A DNA stretch of 63,239 bases, the filler included, from Octopus bimaculoides (lineage: Eukaryota), in the NCBI RefSeq assembly GCF_001194135.2. It is 7 parts of 6 records of this genome, joined end to end, with 100 filler letters (N's around TTAATTAATTAA, not from the genome) between each part and the next. Parts side by side here need not be neighbours in the genome. Positions count along the whole stretch, not along the records: positions 59,539 to 63,239 come from NC_068992.1; 6 more parts are not named here. One strand, written 5' to 3'. The notes below the pieces were generated by a model. The model did not search any database. It was not told the DNA's origin and was given only the letters and a program-made list of their open reading frames with translations. Each line of letters opens with the position of its first letter. Positions within the stretch are counted from its first letter, which is position 1. Shown here piece by piece: positions 61,142 to 63,239 of this stretch. The translations under genes and the position numbers were made by a program.

Positions 61142-61938
61142 TGAGNNNNNNNNNNCACACACACACACACACACACCCACACACACACACACATATACTG
61201 AGAGGAGACGCTGAGGGAAGGATACAGAATGGGTGGATAAACACTAATATGTGTATATATTTTTTTGCCCATACAACTTCGTATACAAGTGCATGTGGGT
61301 GATACAGTTTTTTATGCTTGGTTCACAAAAGAGCTGCAGGCTGTTTTATTAAACACGTCACCTCGCATTACATGAGATAGTATCTGTCATGCCATCAGAA
61401 AAATTCATTTGCAGGCGTTCATTCTGCTAAACTTCCGCTAGTGGTTATCTAGATTTTTTTTCACATGTATTGCAATATGTGTTTTTTATTATCGTAGAGT
61501 AACTTTTGTGGTGGTAACCGTATTAGGATCATAGTCTTAAGAAATATATTCTACTAATCAATAATTGATTATTACATTTTAAAATTTTATACATTGACAC
61601 TATTCATGCGACTAATAAATCACACGAGTGATTGATTTCTCTAAAAATTTGGTCTTCCGGAATTTCTTTGGTATTTTTTCTCATTTTGTTTTGTGTATTG
61701 TATTGACTCTACGTGTCCTCTCAAAAGTAGACCTCGTACATGTGTTATAAATCAGCATTTAAAAAAGTCGGTGGATCGGCAGAAAAAAAAAAAAGATACA
61801 GCACTCGACACTATGTCTTGCAATATGTTTCACAGGCTTGGGGATTCTGGTTTCAAATCCCGCTGAAAGCACTCTTTGCGTTTATCCTTCCTGGACGATA
61901 GATTAAAATACAATACCTTTACTAACGCGAATCAAGTA

Positions 61939-62108
61939 CCGCATTTAATTTATATATGAGTCGCATTATTTTAAACATGAAGTGCGACTTATACGCGGGG
62001 TAAGTTTGAGTATGAACTTTCGTTCCAGGATTTAGCATAAGGTTAGAGTGCGTCTTATACAGAGACGCGATTTATACACCAGTGTAACTTATACACGATA
62101 AAATGTGG
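61939..62108. mobile_element. pogo/Tc2-like MITE
   Basis: TA-CCGCATTT...ATATGAGTCGCA left end, CTTATACACGATAAAATGTGG right end, internal GTGCGACTTATAC/GTGCGTCTTATAC repeats. Confidence 0.7.
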
Positions 62109-63239
62109 TGATTTGTAGCCTCATCCTAATATATGAATAATTCGACATTTATTATAGAAAATGTTGTATTCACATGCAATGACCACAATCAACTAGCCGG
62201 GACAAGCAAACCTAAGATCGAAATAAATGCTGCATAATATCATAATAATTCTTCTTTTGTTGCTGATTAAATTTAAGAAAGCTTTATCTCCAGTGAACAC
62301 GCATCTCTGGAGAGAAATATTAAAACACTGAAGCTTTGGTGGACTGTAATATTTAACAATCACATATTTAAATAAGTATACGGCACTAAATATGAATATT
62401 TGGAGACGACCATCTCAAGGCATATGTTCAAATTTCTCGGAATCTGCAATGAAATATGGTGATTGCTCTACAACAGAGAAAGTTGAAACAATATTCAAAT
62501 GTTTGAGAAATAAATTTTTCTCCAACTTTCAGAGATGACTGAGTTATGTAAATCGACAAATTTTCATGTAAGCTGTTCGTCGTTGCTATTTCTCTCAAAA
62601 TAATACAAAACAAAAGAAAAGCAACGGAAATTTTTGTGAGTTAGCAACATAATGAGTTTAATGTAATACTATAAAACGTAATTAGATAGTGTTGGATGAT
62701 ATGATCCCTCAACAACGATCCATCAAAACAACGAAAAGCTTGGATGTTTTTTTTTTCCGTTTTTGCTATATTGGCACAGAAGTCAACTTAATCATAAGGT
62801 AAATATATTTTTTCGTTATTGTGATCCATGGATATGCCCGCGTGAGAGTGCTTGTGTGCGTGTGATGCAGTTTGCTTTGAATCATGGGAAACATAAAAGA
62901 GACAATGGCTGAGAAATCCACGCCAATGCTTTGAGGAATTTTGTTAATATAGCGTAAAACTCGTCAAATAATCTCGATATTTCAAACAAAAAAATACTCC
63001 ACTCATTGAATTAGAAGAACAGGAAAGATGTCTGAGTTTGTTGAGGTTCAATTGTTATATGATATCTAACTTTTGGCCTATTAGAAATAACGGCTAAATC
63101 TATCTCAGGGTATATTAGATTACGTAGTGTAACACATACTATTTGAATATAAGATAAGTTTGTCATAGTCGGAATGTCGGTGGTCATACTTTTTAACTGG
63201 TCATCTGTCATTGGTGATCTGTGACTAAAGAACAACGAC

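Noticed and set aside
63011-63235. 74-aa minus-strand ORF at the window edge
   Set aside because: It has a non-ATG start and no recognisable motif, and is truncated by the window.

Overview
Eukaryotic, AT-rich, gap-ridden DNA that is almost all non-coding. The microsatellite density and the SINE families suggest a coleoid cephalopod, probably Octopus; this is an inference and no search was run. Six identical 100-nt spacers (N44-TTAATTAATTAA-N44) show that the window is seven separately assembled pieces joined artificially. No complete host gene is visible. The content is about four tRNA-headed SINE families in many copies, fragments of Dong/R4-clade, RTE and Penelope-like retroelements, Tc1/mariner relics, hAT-, pogo- and foldback-type MITEs, a probable ISL2EU/Harbinger-type relic (SWIM + THAP) and a possible LTR end. 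The best leads are hammerhead-ribozyme-like motifs. One is a split type-II-like core inside a structured, tRNA-like-headed element (30932-31360) and another sits inside an 11-bp helix (13232-13306). Two convergent candidate signal-peptide first exons lie at 40259-40634. All family assignments are by eye from recalled motifs.
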